Source: the human T2T-CHM13v2.0 reference genome, Homo sapiens
NCBI RefSeq assembly: GCF_009914755.1
Contig: NC_060928.1
DNA: 64,000 nucleotides
Reading direction: 5' to 3' (one strand)
Shown here: positions 54,101 through 64,000 of the stretch, in pieces
How the letters are laid out: the number at the start of each line of letters is the position of its first letter
How positions within the stretch are numbered: the first letter of the stretch is position 1
Program-made: the position numbers and the translations under genes
The notes under the pieces: generated by a model
Database searches by the model: none
What the model saw: only the letters and a program-made list of their open reading frames with translations
What the model was told of the DNA's origin: nothing

Positions 54101-55103
54101 CAAAGAATTTAATCAAATTTACAAGAGAAGAAACAAACCCCATTAAAATGTGGACAAAGGACATCAACAGATACTTCTCAAAAGAAGACATTCATGTGGC
54201 CAACAAACATATGAAAAAAAACTCAACATCACTTATTAGTAGAGAAATGCAAATCAAAACCACAATGAGATACCACACACATTAAGACACCATCTCACAA
54301 CAGTCAGAATGGCAATTATTAAAAAGTCAAAAAACGACAGATGCTGGTGAGGTTGTGGTGAAAAAGGAATGCTTTTACACTGTTGGTGGGAGTGTAAATT
54401 CGTTCAACCATTTGGAAGACGATGAGGCTATTCCTCAAAGACCTAGAGGCAGAAATATCATTTGACTCAGCATTCCCAATACTGGGTATATACACAAAGG
54501 AGTATAAATCTTTGATTCAACATTCCCATTACTGGGTGTGTATATATATATATGTATATATACACACACACAAAAGAATATAACTCATTCTATTATAAAG
54601 ATACACTCATTTGTATGTTCATTGCAGCACTATTCACAATAGCAAAGACATGAAATCAATCTAAATGTCCTTCAATGATAGACTGGATAAAGAAAATGTG
54701 GTACATATACACCATGAAATACTTTGCAGCCATAAAAAGAAACAAGATAATGTCCTTTGCAGAGACATCAATAAAGTAGGAAGCCATTATCCTCAGCAAA
54801 CTAATGCAGGAACAGAAAACCAAATACCGCATGTTCTCACTTATAAGTGGGAGCTGAAGTATGAGAACACATGGACACGTGGAGGAGAACAACACACACT
54901 GGTGCTTGTCGGGGGTCCGGGGTTTTGGGGATGGTGAGCATCAAGAACAGCTAATTGATGCTGGGCTTAATACCTAGGTGATGGGATAATCTGTGCAGCA
55001 ACTTACCATGGCATTTGAAATGAAAGAAATGAAAGTTTCTTATTTATGTAATAAACCTACACATCCTGCACATATACCCCTGAATTTAAAAGTTGAAGAA
55101 AAA
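48154..55103 (+). mobile_element. Full-length L1PA12/13-like LINE-1, decayed
   Basis: 5' ggggccagttggccaactagaagc; GC-rich 5'UTR with internal repeats of about 265 bp; ORF1, EN and RT fragments ([13 protein letters not shown]); perfect 14-bp TSD aaaagcacaccttt (48140-48153 / 55104-55117). Confidence 0.93.
50352..50692 (+). mobile_element. AluSp-like element inserted in ORF1 of the L1PA13-like element
   Basis: ctgaccaacatagagaaact and caacaagagcaaaact diagnostics; perfect TSD aaaccacaagaga (50339-50351 / 50693-50705). Confidence 0.95.
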
Positions 55104-55853
55104 AAAAGCACACCTTTTTAATGACAAAGCCAGTTATCAGCAAAATCAAAAACAAAAGATAAGCTGGAAAAAAATTTTGGCAATTTTTGCCCAAGACCTA
55201 ATATATTTAATATTCAAACAACTCCCAAAGACCAATTTAAAATCTCAAAATCTAATAGAGTAATGAGTCAAATATAGAAATTGACAATTCACAGAAGAAA
55301 TAAAATTATTGAAAGTTACTGATACCCTCACTCATGAGATAAATACAAATTCAAGTTATGCTATGATGTCATGAATCATATTGGTAAAATTTTTGATTTC
55401 AACAACATATTCTGTTGGAAAGCCAATAAGGAAATGGGCACCCTCATATATTGCTGGTAGAATTCAAAGTTATCTTTTTTAAAAAAGATTCTGTGGACAT
55501 GCTTGACCCAGCAATGCATGTCAGGAGTTGATCCTGAATGCACACTGACAAAAATAAAAATTAACATACACATAAAATTAGATACTGAAGAATTATTTAT
55601 ACAATCAAAAATTAGAAACAACTCAAATGTTTAATAGGAGTCAGTTGAACAAAGTGTAACAAACCTATCAAACGATGTATTTTGTAGCTACAAAAGTAAG
55701 TAAAGACATTCTCTAAACCAATAGAGAATAACTCCAAGATACTTGAGTGAACAAAAGGAAGTTCCAGAACACTACATATTTTTCATAAGACAAGACACAC
55801 AGAATTACACATAGATATGCATACATATTTGTTATATTAACAGAAATAATGGG

Positions 55854-56142
55854 GGCCAGGCACGGTGGCTCACGCCTGTAATCCCAGCACTTTGGGAGGC
55901 CGAGGCGGGCAGATCATCTGAGGTCGGGAGTTCAAGACCAGCCAGACCAACATGGGGAAACCCATACAAAATGGCGCATGTCTGTAATCTCAGCTACTCA
56001 GGAAGGCTGAGGCAAGAGAATCGCTTGAACCCAGGAGGCTTCAGTGTTTTGTTGTGATGAGGTTGTGGTGAACCGACATAGTGCCACTGCCCTCCAGCCT
56101 GGGCAACAAGAGCGAAACTCGGTCTTGAAAAAAAAAAAAAAA
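55854..56142 (+). mobile_element. AluS (Sp/Sq-like) with internal deletions and an insertion
   Basis: ggccaggcacggtggctcacgcc...; linker shortened to aaacccatacaaaatggcgcatg; poly(A) tail. Confidence 0.93.
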
Positions 56143-56931
56143 GAATAAATCAAAAACTAACAAAAATAATTACTAGTGGTAAATGAGGAATGATGATAGA
56201 AAGAACTAAGAGATTTATGAATAAAGTTCTAATGAAGTTTTGGCATTGGAAACATAAAAATTTAACATATCCAAAAAATAAAATTAAATCATGAAGAAAA
56301 ACTTAAAACTAAAAGCAAACAAACTTTCACTGCATATATGCAATTACTGATCATACAGAAAAAATAATCCGTTTGACTCTACTATAGATAATTTTCATCA
56401 TATATATTTGGTGGAATATATTTTAAGGGCAACAGATCTACAAAGAAAAGATGCTTTGTAGCTTTATTACTGAACTAATATGGGTATTAATATTTTAATT
56501 AAAGTATACATATGCATATATAGAAAATACTATAAAATTATTTTAATATTAAAAATTAACCATTTCAATGTGAAAGATACAATTATAAAATTAAATTATG
56601 TAAAACTTCTGTAATATTTAATGTAAATTCAAAATACAACAGACATGCATACTTCATATTCCAGAACGTTTTCTAGTTCTTTCCATTGAAAAGGCATAAA
56701 AGCAGTAACAACTAATAGAATAAGCAACCTACTCCCCAGACTGTGATCTCTGTCACTTCTTACTAGAAGGAACCTGGACTTTTCAAAGACTGAGCAATTC
56801 AGAGAACATTCTCGTTTTGTTCGGTATATTTTATTTTGCCAGAAAGTGTCAAATTTAATGTAGTCCTGTCAAAAAGACACAGGAGCCAATGTGAAGAAGC
56901 TTCCAGTGGCCAAATCTGTAACAATAAAAAT

Positions 56932-57015
56932 TGTGTGTATATATGTGTGTGTGTGTATTTATGTGTGTGTGTATTTGTGTGTGTTTGTATATATGTGTAT
57001 ATATACATGTATGTA
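56932..57015. repeat. Degenerate (TG/TA)n microsatellite
   Basis: tgtgtgtatatatgtgtgtgtgtgtatttatgtgtg... Confidence 0.85.
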
Positions 57016-60000
57016 TCAAACAAAAAAATCCAAAACTCATTATACAGTATTATACAGTACAGTAGCAATTAGTACACTAACATTGTATTATGAACATTAG
57101 CAATTAAAAGAAAAGAATCATGTAGTTGTCCTACAATGTTCTATATTTCATGGGCAACTGTATTTTCATTTGATGAGGGAAATAATTTTTATACAGAAAA
57201 TTTCATCAAATAAGTAAGGAATGTTAGAGATTTTTTTTAAATCACCATTTTGCAGGTCTAATGGATCAATTGTTTCACACAGTTAACATCAATGATTAAA
57301 ACCATTTTCTGAAGTTTGATGGGAGAATTCACATTGGAGGACCATATTGTCACTAATTAGTTTTGATTTTAATAAACATTGACCAGCACCACCCTCTGTG
57401 AAGTATTTTTACCAAAAAAGTGGATTCTGAGTCTAAACAAGTCTATAGAAGTAATTTCCATTTACAAAAATGATTGAAGATGACACCAAGGGGAAGCAAA
57501 CAAATCCAGTGGCTGGGACAATAGCAAAGTGAAAGACAACTGTTAGTATTTGAACTTTGATTGTATCCTGATTCAAACAAATTAACTATAACAATCTTAA
57601 AATAGAAGAAATTTGATGACTCTATAATTTATTATTCTTCTCTCTCCTCTGTCTCCATATTAACCCATCACAAACTGTGCATACTTTATAATCATAAATC
57701 ACAAAAGACCTTACATTTATGTGTACCAAAAACTCAATGATTTTTCAATATCTTTTAAGTTTATGGAAGGGAACTTGAGATACAAACATAAGTTATATTT
57801 GCTTAGCTTGTAATGTATGCCTCATTGATCCATTTTACTTTCCAGATTTGAATTTAATTCCTTCTAACCACCTTTCATAAAACTTTGGGAGAGATAATTA
57901 CCAAGCAGTGGTCTTAAAATCACTGGCAGTTGTTTGCTGAATCCTAGTAACCTTAGTTATTCTTAAAAATTATTTTCCCCTACTGCTTATCACTGAATGG
58001 TTTAAACCTAGATATTTTTAAAACAACTAAGTAGCATAACTTTATTACTAAACTGACAAATTTTGATAAACTCAATAATGTCATAAAGACTAAAATTTAT
58101 TGTTTAATTAAAATAATTAAGAAAATATATGTGGTGGATATTTCATCATGCTGAGCTTGTTGATTTGGTATTGTCTAGCAAGTCTCTGAAAATGCTATTT
58201 CGCCTGTAATTTTTAATGTCATCTTTAATACATATTTTATGGAAATCACACTATTTTTATAAACTCACCAAATTGATGCATCTTATTTTAACATTTAACA
58301 AAAAATCATACCTTTGATCACAAATAAAATGTAGAATATGAAATTTCCTATGTCCAGAAGTTTCTTCTTTATTACTTATGAAATAAGCTTCAAGGATTTT
58401 GAATACATAAAGATCAAAAGACATCACTGTCAACCATTTTAGACCTGTAGTCCTTATATTGTTATTTTAGAAAACTGCTTCTGGAAAGAAATTTTAAAGA
58501 ATACTTTTCCACGTTATCTCAAAGCATAAAGATTTTGTTTACAAACATTTTCATATATTTTTATGCAAATAGTGCATTTTTTGATGTTTCATGTGCTAAA
58601 GGCAAAGAAGACATGTTTGGCCTCAGGCATTTTATTCCCACTGTAAGCTTTATAAAGACAGAAAATAATATATTGTAGTACCTTCAAAGAATTCTTGTAA
58701 AGAACTGTATGGTAAGCCTGTTCCTGTTTACAAAATTCTATTGTAGAAAAGCCCTTGCCCCCAAAGAGTTATTACTAGAAAGTTAATGTGAAAGATTTGT
58801 GGACTTGTGACTTTAATGAAGAAGTTTAAAATTTGGGGATATATTGATTACTGAACAAAAAGTATAGTGTAAAATATTTTAAAAAGCATCTAGCTAAAAA
58901 AATCACCTGATTCTACTCTTTAATAAAGGAAATATAATTTTAGGCAATTTAATACGTTTATATCCATATACACATAACATATATACAGATATGTACATAC
59001 CCACCATATACATCAATACACACCCTCAATATGTACATGTACATACACTATATGGGTTATACTCTGAAAATTAAAAAAAAATCTTACTTTTCCAGGATAA
59101 TTTAAAATAATCATGCAATTAATCATTATTTTCAAGTTTGTATGTAATTGTGGTACAGAATTTTTATTTAAAAATAAACATTTCTAGAAGGGGCTTCAAC
59201 ATGGCACACTAGATGCATCTAGTTAATACCCAAATACTGAAGCACAACTTCCAAGGACCTGGGGATTGCCCAGCCCAAAATGGAACTGGTGAAACATGAG
59301 CACTCCTCCTGGGGTCTGAGGTCAGGCCCATTCAACAGGCTGCTACTACTGAAGCTGACACCCACCCACACATACTACCTGTGGGTTTGGGAACTTGTAC
59401 TTCCAATCCTTCACAGCCATTGTCAACACCAGTGCAGACTGCTTGAGTTCCAAAGGATTGTCACACAAATGCTTCTGACATTGTCCACACCATGTCTACT
59501 TCCCAGGAGCTCAAGAACTTGCCCACCTTTATAACCCACCATTTCCATTCTGGCACCCAAGCAAGCCACCTGGAGGCCCAAGAATTGTTCTGCCAATAAC
59601 CACCACCACTGGTGTCAGTGAAAACTGCCCTGGGGCAGAAGAATAGTCAGTCTTAGCCCACTGTTCTCGCCACTAAGGCCTGAAGACTGGAACACTTGGT
59701 TTCCTAGTCCCCAACAAAATTTCACCAGAATCTCTGCTGACAACCACACCCTAAACCACTGAGAAAATTACAGACACCATTGACACTCTTTAGAGTAAAG
59801 AAATTATACAAAGACTACACTACTGCATGCATCCAAAATTACAGCTAAAGTACCCTACCCAACCAACACCATAGCTCCATCTTCAGGAAAAAGTCCTCCC
59901 CTACAAACTCAAATTCAGAAAACTTTAAGAAGCAACTGTTACACCACAATGCACAGATATCAATGTAAGGACAAAACAAACATGAAAAAGCAAGGAAATT

Positions 60001-61450
60001 TAACATCTCCAAAGGAACACAATAATTCACCAACAACAGAAACTAATCAAAAGGATATTTACAATATCTCATAAAAAAGAACTCAAAATACTAATACTTA
60101 AGAAGCTCAGTGAGAATTCCTATACCTAGAAACAAAAAATAATAATAAACACCATACTGAAAATACACAAAAATATAATTACCACTGGTACAGCAAGAAC
60201 ACACCCAAGAAAAATACAAAACTCAAATGTTACCACTACAGAATACAACCAAATCACAAAGAAAAACAGTAAAAGAGAAAATAACAATGGATATGTAAAG
60301 CAATCAGAAATCAGCTAGTAAAATGACAAGAATAAGCCCTAACATATCAATAATAACCTTGAATGTCAACAGCTTAAACTTTCTGCTAAGAGATACACAC
60401 TGGCTGAATGAAAAAAAAAATCAAGTATATGCTATCTGCAATAAACTCATATTATTGGGTAAAGACACACAGACCCAAAACAAAGGGATGGAAAAAGATA
60501 TTCCATGCAAATGGAAACCAAAAGTGAGCAGGAATACCTATACTTATATAAAACAGACTTTAAATAAAAAATACAACAGAGATAAAATCATGTGTAATGA
60601 CAGATCAATTCGGCAAAAGGATACAAGAATTCTAAATATATATGTAATCAACACAAGAGAAATCAGATAGATAAAGCAACTGTTATTAGAATTGAAGACA
60701 AAGATAGTCTCAAAGTCAATTATAGTTGAAGACTATATTAGACAGATATTAGACAGATCAGTTAGAGAGAAAATTAACAAAGAAACATTAGATTTAATTG
60801 CACATTTGACCAAATGGACCTAACAGCTATGTACAGAACATATCATACAACAACTCTACAACACATTTTTCTCATCAGAAGGTGGAACATTCTCCAGGAT
60901 AGACCACATGTTAGAACACAAAGTTAAGTCTTAACAAATTTTTGAAAAGCAATATCATATTGAGTATCTTCTCAGACAACAATGAAATAACAATGAAATA
61001 AAACTAAAAATCAATAAGAGGAATTTTTGAACGGTACACATTTATGAAAATTAAACAATATGCCCCTGAACAACCACTGGGTCAAGGAAGAAATTAGAGA
61101 AAAAAACAAAAAATGTCTTGAAACAAATGAAAATTGAAACACAACATACCATAACCTACGGGTACAGCAAAAGCAGTGCTAAGAAGCAAGTTTATAGCAA
61201 TAAACACCTAACTCATAAAGAGTAGAAAGATTACAAATAATCTAAAAATGCACCTAAAGGAACTAGAAAATTAAGAATAGGCCAATCCAAAATTAGTAGA
61301 AAGAAAGAAATAATGAAGATCAAAATAGAACTAAACAAAATGGAGTGTTTAAAAAAATACAAAGGATCACATAGTAAAAAGTTGTTTTTTTGAAAAGATA
61401 AAACAGATAAACCAATTATTAGACTAACCAAGTAAAACAGAGTAAAGACC

Positions 61451-61871
61451 TGATATGGTTTGGATTTCTGTCCCTGCCCAAATCTCATATCTAGTTGTAA
61501 TCTCCAATGTGGAGTGGGGCGCCTGGTGGGAGGTGATAGTGAGTGAGTTTTCACGAGATCTGGTTGTTTAAAAGTGTGTAGAACCTCCTGCTTTTCTCTC
61601 TTCCTCCTTCTCCAGCCATGTGAGATATGCTTGCTTCCCTTTCACCTTCCACTATGACTGTAAGTTTTCTGAGGCCTCTGCAGCTGTGCTTCCTATATAG
61701 GTTGCAGAACTATCAGTCAATTAAACCTCTTTCCTTTATAAATTTCCTTTATAAATTACTTTCCTTTATAAATTTCCTTTATAAATTTCCTTTATAAATT
61801 ACTTTCCTTTATAAATTTCCTTTATAAATTTCCTTTATAAATTTATAGCAATGCAAGAATGGACTACTACA
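61451..61871 (+). mobile_element. MST (MSTA-like) 5' LTR
   Basis: tgatatggtttggatttctgtccctgcccaaatctcat...gcaagaatggactactaca, followed by gaaaactggtac. Confidence 0.88.
61731..61842. repeat. Minisatellite: 8 x ttcctttataaat with two tact spacers (43-bp higher-order period)
   Basis: Units start at 61731, 61744, 61761, 61774, 61787, 61804, 61817 and 61830; tact at 61757-61760 and 61800-61803. Confidence 0.95.
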
Positions 61872-63448
61872 GAAAACTGGTACTAGGAGTGGGGCTATAA
61901 AGATAGCAGAAATGTTGAAGCAGCTTTGGAACTGGGTGACAGGCAGAGGTTAAACAATTTGGAGGGATCAGAAGATACAGGAAGATGTGGGAAAGTTTGG
62001 AACTTCCTAGAGACATGTTGAATGGTTTTGTCTAAAATGCTGATGGTAATATGCACACAGATGGCAGGCTGATGAAGTCTTACATGGAGATGAGAAACTT
62101 ATTGGGAACTTGAGTAGAGGTCACTTTTGTTATGCATCAGCAAAGAAATTGGAGGCATTGTGCCCTTGCCTTAGAGATCTGTGAAACTTAAACTCGAGAA
62201 TGATGATTTAGGGTATCTGGAGGAAGAAATTTCTAAGCAGCAAAACATTCAAGATATGGCCTTGTTGTTTCTAACAATGTATGCTCATATGCATGAGCAA
62301 ATAGATGCTCTGAAAGTGTATCTTATATTTAAAGGGGAAGCAGAGCATGAAAGCTTGGGAAATTTGCAGCCTGACCATATGGTAGAAAAGAAAAACCCAT
62401 TTTCAAGGTAGGAAATCATGCTGACTGCAGAAACTTGAGTAAGTAAAAAGAAGCTGAATGTTAATAGTGAAGACAATGGGGAAAATGCCTCAAAGGCATT
62501 CAGAGACCTTTGTGACAGCCCCTCCCATCACAGGTCCAGAAGCCTAGGAGGAAGAAATGGTTTCAAGGGTCTGGCCCTGGGCCCCACTGCCCTGCACAAC
62601 CTTAGGACAGTGCTCCCTGTGTCCCACCCACTCCAGCTCATCATGGATAAAAGGCCCCCAGATAAGTCTAAGGCCACTGATCCTGAGGGTGAAAGCCATA
62701 AGCCTTAGTGGCTTCCACATGGTGTTAAGCCTGCAGGTGCACAGAGGGTAAGAATTGAGGCTTGGGAGCCTAAGCTAGATTTCAAAGGATGTAATGGAAA
62801 CACCTAGATGTCCAAGCAGAAGTCTGCTTCAGGGGCAGAGCCCTTATAGAAAACCTCTCCCCACAGAGTCCCCACTGGGGTATTGCCTAGTAGAGCTATG
62901 AGAAAAGGGCTACTGTGCTCCAGACTCCAGAATGGTAGATCCACCATCAGTTTGCACTGTGCACCTAGAAAAGCCATAGGAACTCAATGCCAGCCCATGA
63001 AAGCAGCCAAGAGGGCTGTACCCTGCAGAGCCACAGAGGGTGAGATGTCCAAGGCCTTGGGGAACCCATCCCTCACCTCAGTGTGGCCTGGATGTGAGAC
63101 ATGGAGTCAAAGGAGATTATTTCGGAGCTTTAAGATTTAATGACTGCCCTGCTGGGCTTCAGACTGGCATGGGGCCTGTAGCCCCTTTGTTTTGGCTAAT
63201 TTCTCCCTTTTGGATCAGGAGTGTTTAGCCAATGCCTGTATTCCCATTGTAACTTGGAAGTAACTAATTTGTTTTTAATTTTACAGGCTCATAGGCAAAA
63301 GGGACTTGACTTATCTCAGATGAGATTTTGGATTGTGGACTTCTGAGTTAATGCTGAAATGAATTAAGACTGGGGGACTGTTTAGAAAGGATAGTTGTAT
63401 TTTGCAATGTGAGAAGGACATCAGATTTAGGAGGAACCAGGGGCAGAA
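61872..63448 (+). mobile_element. MST internal region
   Basis: Homologous to THE1-int at 19575-20989 (gggaaagtttggaacttcctagag, ggagtcaaaggagattatt, acaggctcataggc); polypurine tract before the 3' LTR. Confidence 0.9.
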
Positions 63449-63603
63449 TAATGTGGTTTGAATTTGTGTCCCACCCAAATCTCATGTCAAATTGTAATCC
63501 CTAATGTTGAAGGAGGGGCCTGGTGAGAGTTGATTTGATCATGGGGGTGGATTTCCCCCTTGCTGTTCTCATGATAGTGAGTTCTCATGAGATCTGATTA
63601 TTT
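63449..63603 (+). mobile_element. MST 3' LTR, 3'-truncated
   Basis: taatgtggtttgaatttgtgtcccacccaaatctcatg...ctcatgagatctgattattt, then an abrupt switch to L1 ORF2. Confidence 0.85.
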
Positions 63604-64000
63604 GGCTTCACTGTCATATTCTATCAAACTTTCAATGAGGGAGTAACACCAATTCTCCTCAAAGGATTTTTTAAAATTTAAACAGAAGGGAATTCTCCCT
63701 AAATCATTTTATGTGGTTAGCATTACCCTGATACCAAAATCAGGCAAGGACATTAATTAAAAATAAACAAGAAAACTACAGGCCAATATTCTTTATGACC
63801 ATAGATGCAAAATTTCTCAATAAAATACTATCAAACTGGATAAAAAGACACATCAAAAAAAAATACACCATGATCAAGTGGATTTATGCCAGGGATTTAA
63901 CATATGCAAATCAATAAACATGATATATCACATCTACAGAATGAAGGATGAAAAACACGTGATCATCTTATTAGACACAGAAAAAGATTTGATAATATTC

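Larger units (their letters stand above)
44300..57640 (+). mobile_element. Ancient L1MC-like host element (ORF2 to 3'UTR) broken by nested insertions; pieces at about 44300-44947, 45300-45390, 46440-46603, 55118-55853 and 56143-57640
   Basis: Degenerate ORF2 pieces resume collinearly after each insertion; L1MC 3' motif (tactagaaggaacctggact, gacacaggagccaatgtgaagaagcttccagtggccaaatctg) at about 56760-56920. Confidence 0.6.
59187..64000 (+). mobile_element. Old LINE-1 (L1M2/L1MA-like): 5'UTR, ORF1 mostly deleted, ORF2 interrupted by MST; runs off the window
   Basis: 5' gcttcaacatggc; repetitive GC-rich 5'UTR; ORF2 start MTRISPNISIITLNVNSLN (60323); RT region resumes at 63604 (ggcttcactg, aaactacaggccaatat, gatgcaaaatttctcaataaaatacta). 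Confidence 0.8.

Noticed and set aside
61731-61842. CRISPR-like repeat-spacer array
   Set aside because: Units are tandem with no unique spacers, and the context is a eukaryotic LTR.

Overview
AT-rich, CpG-poor, gene-poor primate DNA, most likely human or another ape (Alu, young L1PA2/3-type LINE-1, THE1/MST LTR elements). Most of the window is interspersed repeat. No host protein-coding gene, RNA gene or CRISPR array is supported. Every recognisable ORF in the track is a disrupted LINE-1 ORF1/ORF2 or ERV-L pol relic, and I see no new gene system. Notable items: (1) Two same-orientation L1s of different subfamilies, 13.5 kb apart (7751-12257 and 21286-26434), share a 201-bp identical block and at least five other short patches of non-consensus mutations, including a frameshift. 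This suggests patchy ectopic gene conversion between neighbouring L1s, or an assembly artefact. (2) The second L1 is a spliced integrated element (SpIRE) whose 5'UTR donor is joined precisely to the ORF1 acceptor, inserted in the 3' LTR of a THE1 provirus. (3) Three independent twin-priming 5'-inverted L1s of very different ages. (4) A deep nested stack of elements at 44-58 kb. (5) A higher-order 13-mer minisatellite that arose inside an MST LTR, and a perfect DUX4 motif in the THE1 5' LTR. Subfamily names rest on recalled consensus sequences, and the boundaries of old elements are approximate.
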